From Candidatus Latescibacterota bacterium (GTDB taxonomy: Bacteria; Latescibacterota; UBA2968): 64,000 bases of DNA. This document shows, in pieces, positions 18,384 to 28,190 of this stretch. Each line of letters begins with the position of its first letter. Position 1 is the first letter of the stretch. The stretch spans positions 416,001 to 480,000 of the forward strand of contig OZ242311.1 in the NCBI GenBank assembly GCA_965207885.1, given 5' to 3'. Both the position numbers and the translations under genes were made by a program. A model generated the notes under the pieces. The model was not told the origin of the DNA. It made no database searches and saw only the letters and a program-made list of their open reading frames with translations.

Positions 18384-21300
18384 TCAAGCGGCACTTTCGT
18401 AATATGGCGATGGTAATTTGGGATAGGCGCGGTAGATGTGGCGGAATACGTCTTCGGTTTTTGTTTTTATGTCCTTTTCCGTGTATTTGTGAGGCAGGCC
18501 AGTTTCGTCGCTGAAGAGAAAGTCATAGATGGATGTCCGTACGGCGTCTCGGGTCGCTTCTTTTTCACACCATTGGTGGACGCGCAGATTGCTGGCTTTT
18601 AGTTTTTTTAAGAGACTGACGGCCACTTTTTTTATTTGTGTGATTTCGTTTGCGTTCAGATTGGGTTTTTTCAAGAGGTCGAAAATGGCAAGGGATTCTT
18701 CGTCGAGGCCCTCGCGAACAGCCCGGGTCTCTTCTTCATCCAATGCCTGCACCAGTTTGAGTAATGCCTCGAAGGTGCGCTCTATTGTTATCTGGTCTTT
18801 TTCGCGGTTGTACGCTGCTACGATTGCTTCGTAGTGGTGCTGGAAGTCCGTGCGTAATGGGTTTTGCTGCAGTAGGCGTTGCAATTTTTGTTCTACTGCT
18901 TGTCTGAGGTTTTGGACGGTGGTGTTTTTTTCCCGGATACGCACGAATTCTCGCTTCAGACGCTCGAAGTCTATCTGGCTGATGTCGTAAAGGCGCCGAT
19001 CTTCATCAGGATGCGGATTTGCAGGTACATCACTGACTGTGGGTTCAATGGCCGCATCTACTATCCGCTGTAATTCCATTAGAATGTCTGAGATGTCGGC
19101 CTGATTGCGGTCTTGCTGGAGGCTTTTGTACACGATGTCAATGGCGTCGCGGTCTTTGCGATATGTGTGGATGTTCTGGACGTTGACACAGGCTTTGTAT
19201 TTTTTGAATACTTCGCGGCACATGACTTCGAAGCGTTTGCGGGTTTCGTCGTTTTCGTTGACGGCTTCTTTGCAGGCTACGATCGCTGCGTTGCGCTGGA
19301 AGCCCGTTTTTTCAATGATGTCGTCCAGTGGTGCGTTGCGTTTGTCGAGGAAGTCTCGCACCAGGGCGATGGCTTCGGCGAGGTCTGATAGGAGTTCTTC
19401 GTCGGGTTTTGCGGGGTCGGTCGGTGTGCTATCTCCATCCGTTTGCGTGCCAGCGAAGGTTGCGAGTGCCTGGCGCAGGTGGACGAGGACGCCGCAGTAA
19501 TCTACGATCAGGCCGTTGTTTTTGTTTTCGTTTACGCGGTTGGCGCGGGCAATGGCCTGCATGAGGGTGTGGGCTTTGAGTGGTTTGTCGAGGTAGAGCG
19601 TTGATAGGCACGGGACATCGAAACCCGTTAGCCACATGGCGCAGACAATGGCGATGCGGAATGGGTGTTCCTCATCTTTGAAGGCTTCGTCCAAGTCCAT
19701 GCGTTGCTTGTTGCGGTACTGCGGCTTGTTCCTCATGGACTCGGGCAAGTCCATGCCTTCTTTGATGAGCCTGCGGTGCTGGATGATGTCCAGTTCCCAT
19801 TTGTTGAATTTTTCGATTTCGCCCTGTTCTTCGCTGATTACGACTGCTGCGCGGGTCTCGCGCATCCATTCGATCTTCTGATGCAGGTATGTTTTCTCTT
19901 CTTCATCCGTTGTCCGCGATAGCCTTGTTTCCAATTTTTGGATGTGTTCGTGCCAGTAGAACTCAATCAATTTGTGCATTCGCACACAGGTTATTTTGTC
20001 GATGCAGACCAGCATGGCTTTGCCGGTTTCCCAGGCGGTTGAGTAGTGTCGCGTGAAGTCCCGCGCCAGTTGGTCGAGCCGTTTGCCCGCGGTGATGATG
20101 TGGTAGGCGCGTTTGAGTTCTCGTTCGAGGTGCTGTTCCTCGTCGATGTCGCTGATTTCGGCCTCTTCCAATTTTTCGGCGATTTTTTCGTTCAGATCAT
20201 CAATTGCTACGCCGAGTTTGTCGCCGCGCGCGTCGTAGTAGAGGGGGAGCGTGGCGTTGTCTTCTACTGCACGCTGGAAGTCGTAGGTGGAGACGTAGTC
20301 GCCGAAGACGCGGCGTGTGATCTGGTCGTCTTTGAACAGGGGTGTGCCCGTGAAGCCCATGTAGGATGCGTTGGGCAGGGCGGCGCGCATGTTGGCTGCT
20401 AATTCGCCGTATTGGGTGCGGTGCGCTTCGTCGGTGATGACGATGATGTCGTCGCGCTGGGTGTAGCCTTTTTTGGGATCTATGTCCTCCTGGTTGAATT
20501 TCTGGATGAGGGAGAAGATGTGCGATTTGTGTTCTGTCAATAGCTGGTTCAGGTGTGGCCCGTCTGTTGCGCGACAAGGGTCTCGGTCGTTTACAACGCC
20601 GCAGCCAGCGAAGGTTTTGTAGATTTGCGTGTCCAAGTCTGTGCGGTCGGTGAGGATGAGGAAGGTGAAGTTGCCACCGAGTTTGCGGTGTACTTTGCGG
20701 GTGAAGAGTACCATGGAGTAGCTTTTGCCTGCTCCCTGTGTGTGCCAGAAGACGCCGAGTTTGCCCTGGCGTGCTTTGCGGTCGCGCACGGCATCAATGG
20801 CGCGGTTCACGCCGAGGAACTGGTGGTTGCGGGCGAGGATTTTCTTTGTTTCGCCGGATGTTTCGTCAAAGAGGATGAAGTTTTCTATGATGTCCATGAA
20901 GTCGCGTTTGTTGCAGACGCCCTTGAGGAGGGTTTCCATATCGACGACGCCGGGTTCTTCTTCGGACAGGCGTTTCCATTCGTGGAAGTGATCCCACTCG
21001 CTGGTGATAGAGCCGAGTTTTGCTTTTTCGCCGTTGCCAAACATGACGATGGCGTTGTGGTGGAAGATGTGGGGGATGGTGTCGTGGTAGTCCGAGTAGT
21101 TGCCGTTGTACGCGGCTTTGAGATCTCGGTGGATGTTTTTGCATTCGATGAAGAGGAGGGGCAGGCCGTTGACGAAGCCGATGATGTCTGCCCGTCTGCG
21201 GTAGAGGTCGCCCTTTATCCACAATTCGCGCACGCAGAGGAAGTGGTTGTTTTCGGGGGTTTCAAAATCGAAGATTCGGAGGCGTTCCCGCGTCTGCTCG

Positions 21301-21638
21301 CCGTTGGCGTTGCGGAATGTGACGGGTACGCCGTTGCGGATGAAATCGTACTTTTCGCGGTTGGTGGCGACGATGCTCTGCGAAGCAGTGGTGGATGTGA
21401 TTTTCCGGATTGCGTCGTTGTAGGCGTCTTCGGGTAGGCCGGGATTAAGAGTTCGCAGTGCGGTGAGCAGATAGCGTGTGAGCACTACTTCGCGGTCGGA
21501 GGTGCGACCAAGCAGGCTATCCTGTCCGAAGTCCTCGCTGTTATAGGCATAGACAGATTCCCAGCCGAGTTGCTGTTCGAGATACTCGGCTGTGGTCTGC
21601 TGAACGAGGGTGTCTTCAGTGTAAGGGGTTGGGTTCAT
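18384..21638 (-). CDS. hsdR: Type I restriction endonuclease subunit R
   Basis: RADIIGFVNGLPLLFIECK nuclease motif, HTQGAGKS, DEAHRTQYG, FTGTP, MWLTGFD, QAIARANR. Confidence 0.96.
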   Translation of the reverse strand: MNPTPYTEDTLVQQTTAEYLEQQLGWESVYAYNSEDFGQDSLLGRTSDREVVLTRYLLTALRTLNPGLPEDAYNDAIRKITSTTASQSIVATNREKYDFIRNGVPVTFRNANGEQTRERLRIFDFETPENNHFLCVRELWIKGDLYRRRADIIGFVNGLPLLFIECKNIHRDLKAAYNGNYSDYHDTIPHIFHHNAIVMFGNGEKAKLGSITSEWDHFHEWKRLSEEEPGVVDMETLLKGVCNKRDFMDIIENFILFDETSGETKKILARNHQFLGVNRAIDAVRDRKARQGKLGVFWHTQGAGKSYSMVLFTRKVHRKLGGNFTFLILTDRTDLDTQIYKTFAGCGVVNDRDPCRATDGPHLNQLLTEHKSHIFSLIQKFNQEDIDPKKGYTQRDDIIVITDEAHRTQYGELAANMRAALPNASYMGFTGTPLFKDDQITRRVFGDYVSTYDFQRAVEDNATLPLYYDARGDKLGVAIDDLNEKIAEKLEEAEISDIDEEQHLERELKRAYHIITAGKRLDQLARDFTRHYSTAWETGKAMLVCIDKITCVRMHKLIEFYWHEHIQKLETRLSRTTDEEEKTYLHQKIEWMRETRAAVVISEEQGEIEKFNKWELDIIQHRRLIKEGMDLPESMRNKPQYRNKQRMDLDEAFKDEEHPFRIAIVCAMWLTGFDVPCLSTLYLDKPLKAHTLMQAIARANRVNENKNNGLIVDYCGVLVHLRQALATFAGTQTDGDSTPTDPAKPDEELLSDLAEAIALVRDFLDKRNAPLDDIIEKTGFQRNAAIVACKEAVNENDETRKRFEVMCREVFKKYKACVNVQNIHTYRKDRDAIDIVYKSLQQDRNQADISDILMELQRIVDAAIEPTVSDVPANPHPDEDRRLYDISQIDFERLKREFVRIREKNTTVQNLRQAVEQKLQRLLQQNPLRTDFQHHYEAIVAAYNREKDQITIERTFEALLKLVQALDEEETRAVREGLDEESLAIFDLLKKPNLNANEITQIKKVAVSLLKKLKASNLRVHQWCEKEATRDAVRTSIYDFLFSDETGLPHKYTEKDIKTKTEDVFRHIYRAYPKLPSPYYESAA

Positions 21639-23395
21639 TTGGGTGGTCGATCAAAATAAAAACCCAACAGACTTTTAGAGGGATCTTCGTCGGTGAGGGT
21701 CAGCCGAACATGCTTATCGAAGTTAAAGCCATCGCTAAAGTCATCTCGCGGAACCATATCGGAATTTAGAGTACAAATGTACTGTACATTATTTGCACTT
21801 GATACCTTGCTCGCATGCTCAAATGCAAGTGCTCGTTGCCTGGAGTCAACACCGTCATAAAGACCACTGTCATGAATCAAGAAATTGAGTCTATCATTCT
21901 GTTTTGACATGATTTGTAATAGCATCAAATCGAAGCAGAAAATTTTCATCTTCTCAATGCCTTCGCTACCACTTTTGTCTATCTCGACATCGTACTTGAA
22001 CCCTGTTTCATCAATATTAATCACCAAGCGCCCGGGTGCCTCGTAAAGTGCCTGAGAGTTGTCGTTGAAAAGACGGAGTGGAAGGCTCCAAATATCTCTA
22101 CGTTCTTCGTGATCTTGCTCGGCAATCTTAGTCAATTCAGCCTTCGCTATATTTATATTGCGTTTCCGCGTGGTTCTATCCTTTATTTCTTCAAGCCAAG
22201 TAAGTTTCTGTTCTAAATTGCTGCGTATTTCAATGATGCGTTCCTGGAGTTTAGCCAGTTCTTGCAGTGCTCCGTGCGTTTCAAGAATTCTAAGCAAATC
22301 AGCCCTCTCATCAGTTAGTCGTCTAATTTCATCGTTTTGGACCCTGATTTTACGTTCTATGCGCCTGATTTCCGTTTCGAGAAAGACTCGCCTATTCTCG
22401 ATAATTTTCGAATGAAACTCTTTGGCTTCGGTAAGAGTACGACGAACCGAGTCAGAAAAAATCACACCAGTTTCTTCGTAGATATTGTCAATGGCTGTGT
22501 CAGAAGGGGGTGTCTCTGCTTCTACTGACTCTCTGTACCGAGACAAACGTCTTTGATCGACAATGTTCTTGTTGGTCAAATTGTGAATGGTTTCAGTGAT
22601 CTTATCAGCTTCGTTCTGAATTGTTTCGTACTGTGGGTGTACTTTGAATCCTTCTAAAGCATCTGATTCACGTTTGAGTTGACTTTCCAATTGAACGCAT
22701 TCCGCCTCTAACTCGCCAACTGAACCCCTTGCGCCTTCCATAGCACCGGACCTAATCGCTTCATCAATTGCCTTAATGCCCTTTTCTTGATCTTTCAATT
22801 CTTGCCATTTAGACGCATTCTCCCAGTTCATTTCAAGCAAAAGCGCGATGTGAAGTTGCCTGTCCCATGTCGCTTGGTGACGGGTATGACTGAATGGATC
22901 TATGTAAGCGGCGGTGCCGCGTCTTATGAAATATGAGATCAGACTACGGAAAGAAGGCCTGTGCCTGGTGGCATAGTCAGAGTGCAAGCCAAATAAAGCC
23001 CACCCCAAGAGTGCCCGCCAGCGGTCTAATTTGAACCTACCTCCTCTGAGGAGATCGAAACTATCAGGTTGTTCAATCCAACCAGTTGTCGGGCCTTCTA
23101 TATATAGCCAGTTCGGACTTTCAATAGCGCGGGTCACTTTCACACGGTTACCCTCAAGTGTAATTTCCAATGTAAATTCCCAATCTTGCAATGGATCTAT
23201 AGAGAGGCCCTGCCCCTTGCGAACGTTGGAGCCCAAACAAAAGTCAATAATGTCAATTAGAGTAGATTTACCCAGACCGTTTCGCGTGTCCTTTTGAGTA
23301 GATTCCTCAGTGCGGTCTGCTAAAATGACATTCAGTCCCGATGCAAATTCCACTGTATGAAATGAAGATTGGTTAGCAGTAATTCGATGAATCAT
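21635..23395 (-). CDS. lmuB: SMC-like ABC ATPase (DUF2326, ABC-three-component / short Lamassu LmuB)
   Basis: Walker A NGLGKST, coiled coil, signature-like KSGSEG, Walker B LIHDSG, YDGVDSRQ. Confidence 0.85.
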   Translation of the reverse strand: MIHRITANQSSFHTVEFASGLNVILADRTEESTQKDTRNGLGKSTLIDIIDFCLGSNVRKGQGLSIDPLQDWEFTLEITLEGNRVKVTRAIESPNWLYIEGPTTGWIEQPDSFDLLRGGRFKLDRWRALLGWALFGLHSDYATRHRPSFRSLISYFIRRGTAAYIDPFSHTRHQATWDRQLHIALLLEMNWENASKWQELKDQEKGIKAIDEAIRSGAMEGARGSVGELEAECVQLESQLKRESDALEGFKVHPQYETIQNEADKITETIHNLTNKNIVDQRRLSRYRESVEAETPPSDTAIDNIYEETGVIFSDSVRRTLTEAKEFHSKIIENRRVFLETEIRRIERKIRVQNDEIRRLTDERADLLRILETHGALQELAKLQERIIEIRSNLEQKLTWLEEIKDRTTRKRNINIAKAELTKIAEQDHEERRDIWSLPLRLFNDNSQALYEAPGRLVINIDETGFKYDVEIDKSGSEGIEKMKIFCFDLMLLQIMSKQNDRLNFLIHDSGLYDGVDSRQRALAFEHASKVSSANNVQYICTLNSDMVPRDDFSDGFNFDKHVRLTLTDEDPSKSLLGFYFDRPPK

Positions 23396-23619
23396 TGCTT
23401 CACCCTCACAATCAGACTGTTTTCTAGACTTATAGCACCGACGATGTGAAGCATGTCAAGTGCCAGCACAAACCGTTCAAAGGTGCCTATCGCGTCTTCC
23501 TCTCGAACGGTCTCCCACAGGCTGGTCACCGTCTGTGGTTGGTCAATCTCTTTGAGCAGGATGGCACCAACACCGATTAGAGCCTGGTCTTGGGAAATAT
23601 GCTTTGACGGAAGGATCAT
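23392..23619 (-). CDS. lmuC: ABC-3C middle component (MC6-like; Lamassu LmuC)
   Basis: 75 aa MILPSKHI...TVTSLW...FERFVLALDML; translationally coupled on both sides. Confidence 0.8.
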   Translation of the reverse strand: MILPSKHISQDQALIGVGAILLKEIDQPQTVTSLWETVREEDAIGTFERFVLALDMLHIVGAISLENSLIVRVKQ

Positions 23620-24377
23620 CTCTCAAACACCTCGCAGGTCTCAAACAGGTAAACCAGTACCGCTAATCCGGCGGACCGCTTGGCTTGCTCCACGAAGCCT
23701 CGCTGTGCAAATCTACACATTAAATCGAAAAGAACGTCTCCCGAATGCCCGTCTTGCCTCAACCGATAGTACTCTTGTAGAAATCCCACCTTCAAGCGTT
23801 CTGGAAAATCTTGATCCGTCTGCGCCACACTTTCAATAAACGCTCGCACCTCACGCGAAATACTGAGGCCCATTGTAATGATCATTCGAGAGCCGTTTCC
23901 CAATGCGTTTTTATTTATTTTATTTTCAGGCGCGATCACCGAAAAGTCATTGTCAGGGGCAGTCTGTTGTAGATTAATTTGCATGATCCACAGGGTGGCT
24001 TCTTCCAATTCTGGGAATCCAATATCTACGAATGCATCGGCTATTGCATCACGGACCGTTTGTTCGTGTTCACTCTTGATCTTGTGGAGGCGTTCTACGG
24101 GATAGTCGTTCTCACCTTGCGGCATCGCGTCAATTATGGTGTGGCAGGTTCCGCACAGATAGATGAGATTGTTATAATGGTCTCTATTCTTAGGGGGCAT
24201 ATTTTTATCATAACGAGCTGATCCAGGATTTTTACCAGCGATATGTGCTGCTTCTCCTACGTTGATAGGATCACCGCTTTCACTGTCTGGTGACAAATTC
24301 TGTCCACAACCGGGCAAAGCACATATGTCTCCACTTCGGTAGGCCAAGAGGATTTTAGTTCGGTTGGATACGCTCAC
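23616..24377 (-). CDS. lmuA: HNH endonuclease effector with ABC-3C C-terminal domain (Lamassu LmuA-HNH)
   Basis: CALPGC...EAAHI...NLIYLCGTCHTIID HNH/Zn motif; VLVYLFETCEVFER tail. Confidence 0.82.
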   Translation of the reverse strand: MSVSNRTKILLAYRSGDICALPGCGQNLSPDSESGDPINVGEAAHIAGKNPGSARYDKNMPPKNRDHYNNLIYLCGTCHTIIDAMPQGENDYPVERLHKIKSEHEQTVRDAIADAFVDIGFPELEEATLWIMQINLQQTAPDNDFSVIAPENKINKNALGNGSRMIITMGLSISREVRAFIESVAQTDQDFPERLKVGFLQEYYRLRQDGHSGDVLFDLMCRFAQRGFVEQAKRSAGLAVLVYLFETCEVFER

Positions 24378-24643
24378 ACCGCCACCTCCCCATTCATCAA
24401 CTGCAGTAGGAGCACGTCGCGGGTCTGGGTGAGTTGTTCATTCGACTGATGGAGTTTCTCAATTTGAAGAACAATCGGAATGATCTGCTCCATAAATATA
24501 TCAGCGGTCCTGTCATATACCTGCAAAAACGTAACTCCCTGAAAGTCTAATTGCGACAAAAAATAGCTCCTGAACCTAAAGAACTAATTTTTTAGAGGAT
24601 AAAAAAGGAAATTCTGTTGGCCTGCGAGTGACCGAATGGCTGC
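24374..24643 (-). pseudogene. hsdS: Degenerate 3' part of a second hsdS (different TRD2 plus conserved tail)
   Basis: AAIRSLAGQQNFLFYPLKN* ... GSGAIF (frameshifted) ... LTQTRDVLLLQLMNGEVAV*; the last 61 nt are ~80% identical to 31775-31835. Confidence 0.8.
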
Positions 24644-24688
24644 GTTCATCAAGTGTGGACAAGAGACAGTGCGGACCATAGTTTGCCC

Positions 24689-27600
24689 TTAAATTTGGTA
24701 AGCGGAATCACTCCGACGGCGCGGGATAGATTGTAGCTGTGGCTCGCTCCCGCCGAGATTTGCCAACCGTCGGGCACTTTCTCGTTCAATCAGTTTTTGG
24801 TTCCGAAGCATTCTCATTTTCGCGTCATGTTCGGCAACATTTACTTCCGCTTCTCGATCATATCCCTCTGCTAATTTTCGGAGTGTAACAGCAAAGCGGT
24901 GATAGCCTGCATTTTCAACGTCTTCGGCTTTTTGTCTGTATTTTTCGGCAAGCTCTTGTTCTGGTTTTCCCGTTGGGTCAACTGTGTGAACCCCGCGAGA
25001 GTTGTACATTCCAGAACGGAAACTATTCCTCATTTCTTCTTCATCCGTCGCATTGAGCGCAGAGGCGACTGTTCGGTGTATCCACAACCCTTCTGGATCA
25101 GGTGGCGCATGAATGAGAACATTTCCTATATGCATAAGAGCGGCCTCAAGATGTCCGGATTCATTACACGCTTCTTTTGTTTTCTTAAGCCACTTCTCGA
25201 ATTGGTCAGGTAAAAATTGACCATCTGATTGCTTACCCGGCGGAGTTTTCCATTTATCAAGGAGTTCGTATGCGTTATCAGCAATGGCTTTATCCTGTTC
25301 GCTAAGTTCTTTTGGAGATTTCATTTCATTTTTTGATCGATAGATAAGGCGTATTAGTTCGCAGAAAAAATCCGGGTCAGAAGATAGGCGATTTTCTAAT
25401 GATTTCGGTGATGTATCAGCATAATAAGGTTCATTCAGCAATTTCAGGTAGGCCCATTCAATTTGAAAAAGAGCATCAGGATCGGTGTCTGGGTCGTCCT
25501 GTAAAGCCTTTATGATTTCGATGATGCTATGCAGATCCACCACATGTGAAGGTTCTTTAGAAGAAATCGCAGCCATGAGAGCTTTTACACTTCGGGTTTT
25601 GTCCAATGGCTGTTTACTGTGTATCATTTTATGCAGACAGGCGATAGCCGCATGGGGTCTGTCATACTCTATCAGTTTGTCTATGGCAATGCTGAGGTCG
25701 CCATCAGTGTGATCTTGGTATGGGTTTGCACTGGTTTTGTTCCAGTACCCCTTTTCGGACTCGCCCAGCCAATCTGTTGCGCGATGCCAGGTCTCCTTTG
25801 TAAAGGGTAGATAGGATAGGAACTGACCTGTTTGTGCTGCTGACCAGTTTGAGGTGTTAAAGCTATCAACCCATTCCCATCCATTGACATTTTGGCGACA
25901 ACTGACATAAGCACTTGTAAGCAGCGCGAGTTTGGTGTTATCTGTTTCCAGCAATGCAGGAAGGATGTGTTTGTCAGTTTCCTCCTGTGCTATAGTACCC
26001 AGAGAACGTCCAACAAACCAGGGTGCCTCAACACTTTCGGCGAATTGAAATACCATATCCATCCCACCATCAGCCAGAATCTCTTTTATCGCTTGCTGAC
26101 GGCGTTGATCGAGTTTTTGGCGGTGTTGATCAAGTTTTTCCTTTTGCTGTGGGTCTCCCCAGGTTCCTTCATAGAGAGCCAAATCATTGTGACCAAATAA
26201 TCTGCGATGAAGATGAAATGGATTTTGAGGCGCGAGTTTTGCGGCAACATCCTCGATTTTGGAAAGGATTTTATCGCTTAAAGCCCATTCTGCGTCAGAA
26301 AAGCGTCTGTGTTTTGAGGCAAGCTTAGTTAGTTGAGACCAGATTTTTAGACGCTGATCTTCAGATTTGCCGCATATCTCTTCTGATGATAGATACTCGA
26401 GCAATTTGTCAAAAGAAGGCTTTGGTAAGTTATCAAGATCACCAATCAACTCGGTTAATTTATCAATATCATTGCTTGCCATCGAAACCGCTATTTCAGC
26501 ATAAGAGGTAATTTGCTTCCAGTACTCCTCTTGAATAACACGATCTTCCCAATCATCGGGAATGGTATTTCGCCACGCAGGTTTGTGAGTGCCGGAGGAC
26601 ATCTGATGCTGATTTGGCAACAGATTGATCAATAGGTTCCATGCCACATCTGGGACTGTATTTATCAGCGTTTTTACAGCAACTTCGCGCTTCTCTATGG
26701 GTGCAATAGTCTGCGGATGCCACGGGAGTATAATTTCTGTCAGCGAATTGGCTGGGCGGTTCGCCCAATTCCCACCGGGATCATGTTCCGCAAGATCACC
26801 GAGAATTACGCACACTCGGACGAGATACTCAGCATCCCAGGCAAGGGTTTCCAATGCCCAGAGTAGGCCAACGAGGTAATTTCTACCCCCCACACCTCCG
26901 CGTTCCTGTGAAAACAATTCGTCAAATGGGCAAGGAGATTGGTCCAACGCATTTTCTACCGCGTTCAAAAAATCATTTGGGGCTGCTTCTGCCAGCACAG
27001 GGAGAAGATCATTTAGACTACCCCACAATACCCAATCAGCATTCTTAAGAATTTCGCGAACAACACGACTGGCTGTGTCTTTTGGCTTCCAACCTTGATG
27101 TTGTGGCGAAAAGTTCTTCAAAGCATCGGGATTAGTGCTGAGAAGTGCCAGCGTTTCAGCTAATCCTTTCCGAAGACCGTTTGAGTATTTTGGTACCTTG
27201 TCGTAAATATTGGCGGCATAGCGTTCATCAGCAGGTAAGTCAAACTGAGGATTGCGCTCGGACAATACTGTAACCGCACACTGTTTCAGGACTTTCAGCG
27301 TGTCATCAAAAACACGTCCGCCTAATGCCTGCCACATTCCTTTTCGATCAATGACTTGCCATCTCCCGTTTATAAACGTCACAGGGCTTATGGCTTGTTG
27401 TAACATCTCCCTCAGTTTGGGAATCCATTTTGTGTAATCCTCTTCATTGACAAGCTGACGCACAATTTCTAGATCGGCTTCGTTTAGCTCATTCCACGCG
27501 CCAAGAAGGTTGGCAATCGCCAGGTCAGAAGCGTATTCGTGCTGATTCCAGTCTGAATGGGTTTGTTGTTCGTCAGAAGACTGCAATCGAATTGTCTCAA

Positions 27601-28033
27601 TTTCTCGCAAACTGAGCGCGCCGAGGGACTCGCCATTGCGTCCATACCAATGTCCTTTCCAGGCAGTTGGAATGCCTTGCATGGCGGGCGGAATTTTGAA
27701 CATGACAACGCGGCCACCTGGGTGATTGAGCACATAGATTTCATCGAATGTGAGGTTATCAGTTTCATTGGCAATTTCCTGTTTCAAGCTGTCAAGGTGC
27801 GCTGGATTTTCGCGGAACTGACTGCCGCAAACCGAATGATCATTTTTTACACCGAATATCAACCAACCACACGCTTGCTTTTTCAAGTTGGCTTCGTTGG
27901 ATAGCGCAGAGAAATACTTGCCCAACTTCTCGAAGTCATACTGATTTTGAGCTTCTTTGAACTCGAGCCATTCTGTCTCGTGCGGAAGTTCACACAGACG
28001 GTCGAGTTCCTGACGAAGTTCAGATTGGTTCAT
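24689..28033 (-). CDS. Schlafen/AlbA_2 N-terminal domain fused to a large alpha-helical domain
   Basis: ETEWLEFKEA...YFSALSN...GWLIFGVKND...WYGRNGES; then LAEAAP...GLLWALETLAW...DPGGNWANRP...PWHPQT; SD gggaga and TGnTAGAAT upstream of ATG 28033. Confidence 0.85.
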   Translation of the reverse strand: MNQSELRQELDRLCELPHETEWLEFKEAQNQYDFEKLGKYFSALSNEANLKKQACGWLIFGVKNDHSVCGSQFRENPAHLDSLKQEIANETDNLTFDEIYVLNHPGGRVVMFKIPPAMQGIPTAWKGHWYGRNGESLGALSLREIETIRLQSSDEQQTHSDWNQHEYASDLAIANLLGAWNELNEADLEIVRQLVNEEDYTKWIPKLREMLQQAISPVTFINGRWQVIDRKGMWQALGGRVFDDTLKVLKQCAVTVLSERNPQFDLPADERYAANIYDKVPKYSNGLRKGLAETLALLSTNPDALKNFSPQHQGWKPKDTASRVVREILKNADWVLWGSLNDLLPVLAEAAPNDFLNAVENALDQSPCPFDELFSQERGGVGGRNYLVGLLWALETLAWDAEYLVRVCVILGDLAEHDPGGNWANRPANSLTEIILPWHPQTIAPIEKREVAVKTLINTVPDVAWNLLINLLPNQHQMSSGTHKPAWRNTIPDDWEDRVIQEEYWKQITSYAEIAVSMASNDIDKLTELIGDLDNLPKPSFDKLLEYLSSEEICGKSEDQRLKIWSQLTKLASKHRRFSDAEWALSDKILSKIEDVAAKLAPQNPFHLHRRLFGHNDLALYEGTWGDPQQKEKLDQHRQKLDQRRQQAIKEILADGGMDMVFQFAESVEAPWFVGRSLGTIAQEETDKHILPALLETDNTKLALLTSAYVSCRQNVNGWEWVDSFNTSNWSAAQTGQFLSYLPFTKETWHRATDWLGESEKGYWNKTSANPYQDHTDGDLSIAIDKLIEYDRPHAAIACLHKMIHSKQPLDKTRSVKALMAAISSKEPSHVVDLHSIIEIIKALQDDPDTDPDALFQIEWAYLKLLNEPYYADTSPKSLENRLSSDPDFFCELIRLIYRSKNEMKSPKELSEQDKAIADNAYELLDKWKTPPGKQSDGQFLPDQFEKWLKKTKEACNESGHLEAALMHIGNVLIHAPPDPEGLWIHRTVASALNATDEEEMRNSFRSGMYNSRGVHTVDPTGKPEQELAEKYRQKAEDVENAGYHRFAVTLRKLAEGYDREAEVNVAEHDAKMRMLRNQKLIERESARRLANLGGSEPQLQSIPRRRSDSAYQI

Positions 28034-28190
28034 ACTGAAATCTCCCATTCTGATTCTACCATAAGATTGGGTATGCATCAGACAGGCGGCAGTTTCGAAT
28101 ATATTACTTCAAATTTTCCACCGTGTTCTTGTTGCAACTTCGCTTCTTTTATATTTTGGTCTCTTGGCAATGTTTCCGCACAGTCCAAAC

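Noticed and set aside
24374-24559. 61-aa ORF as an independent gene
   Set aside because: It is the tail of the degenerate hsdS.
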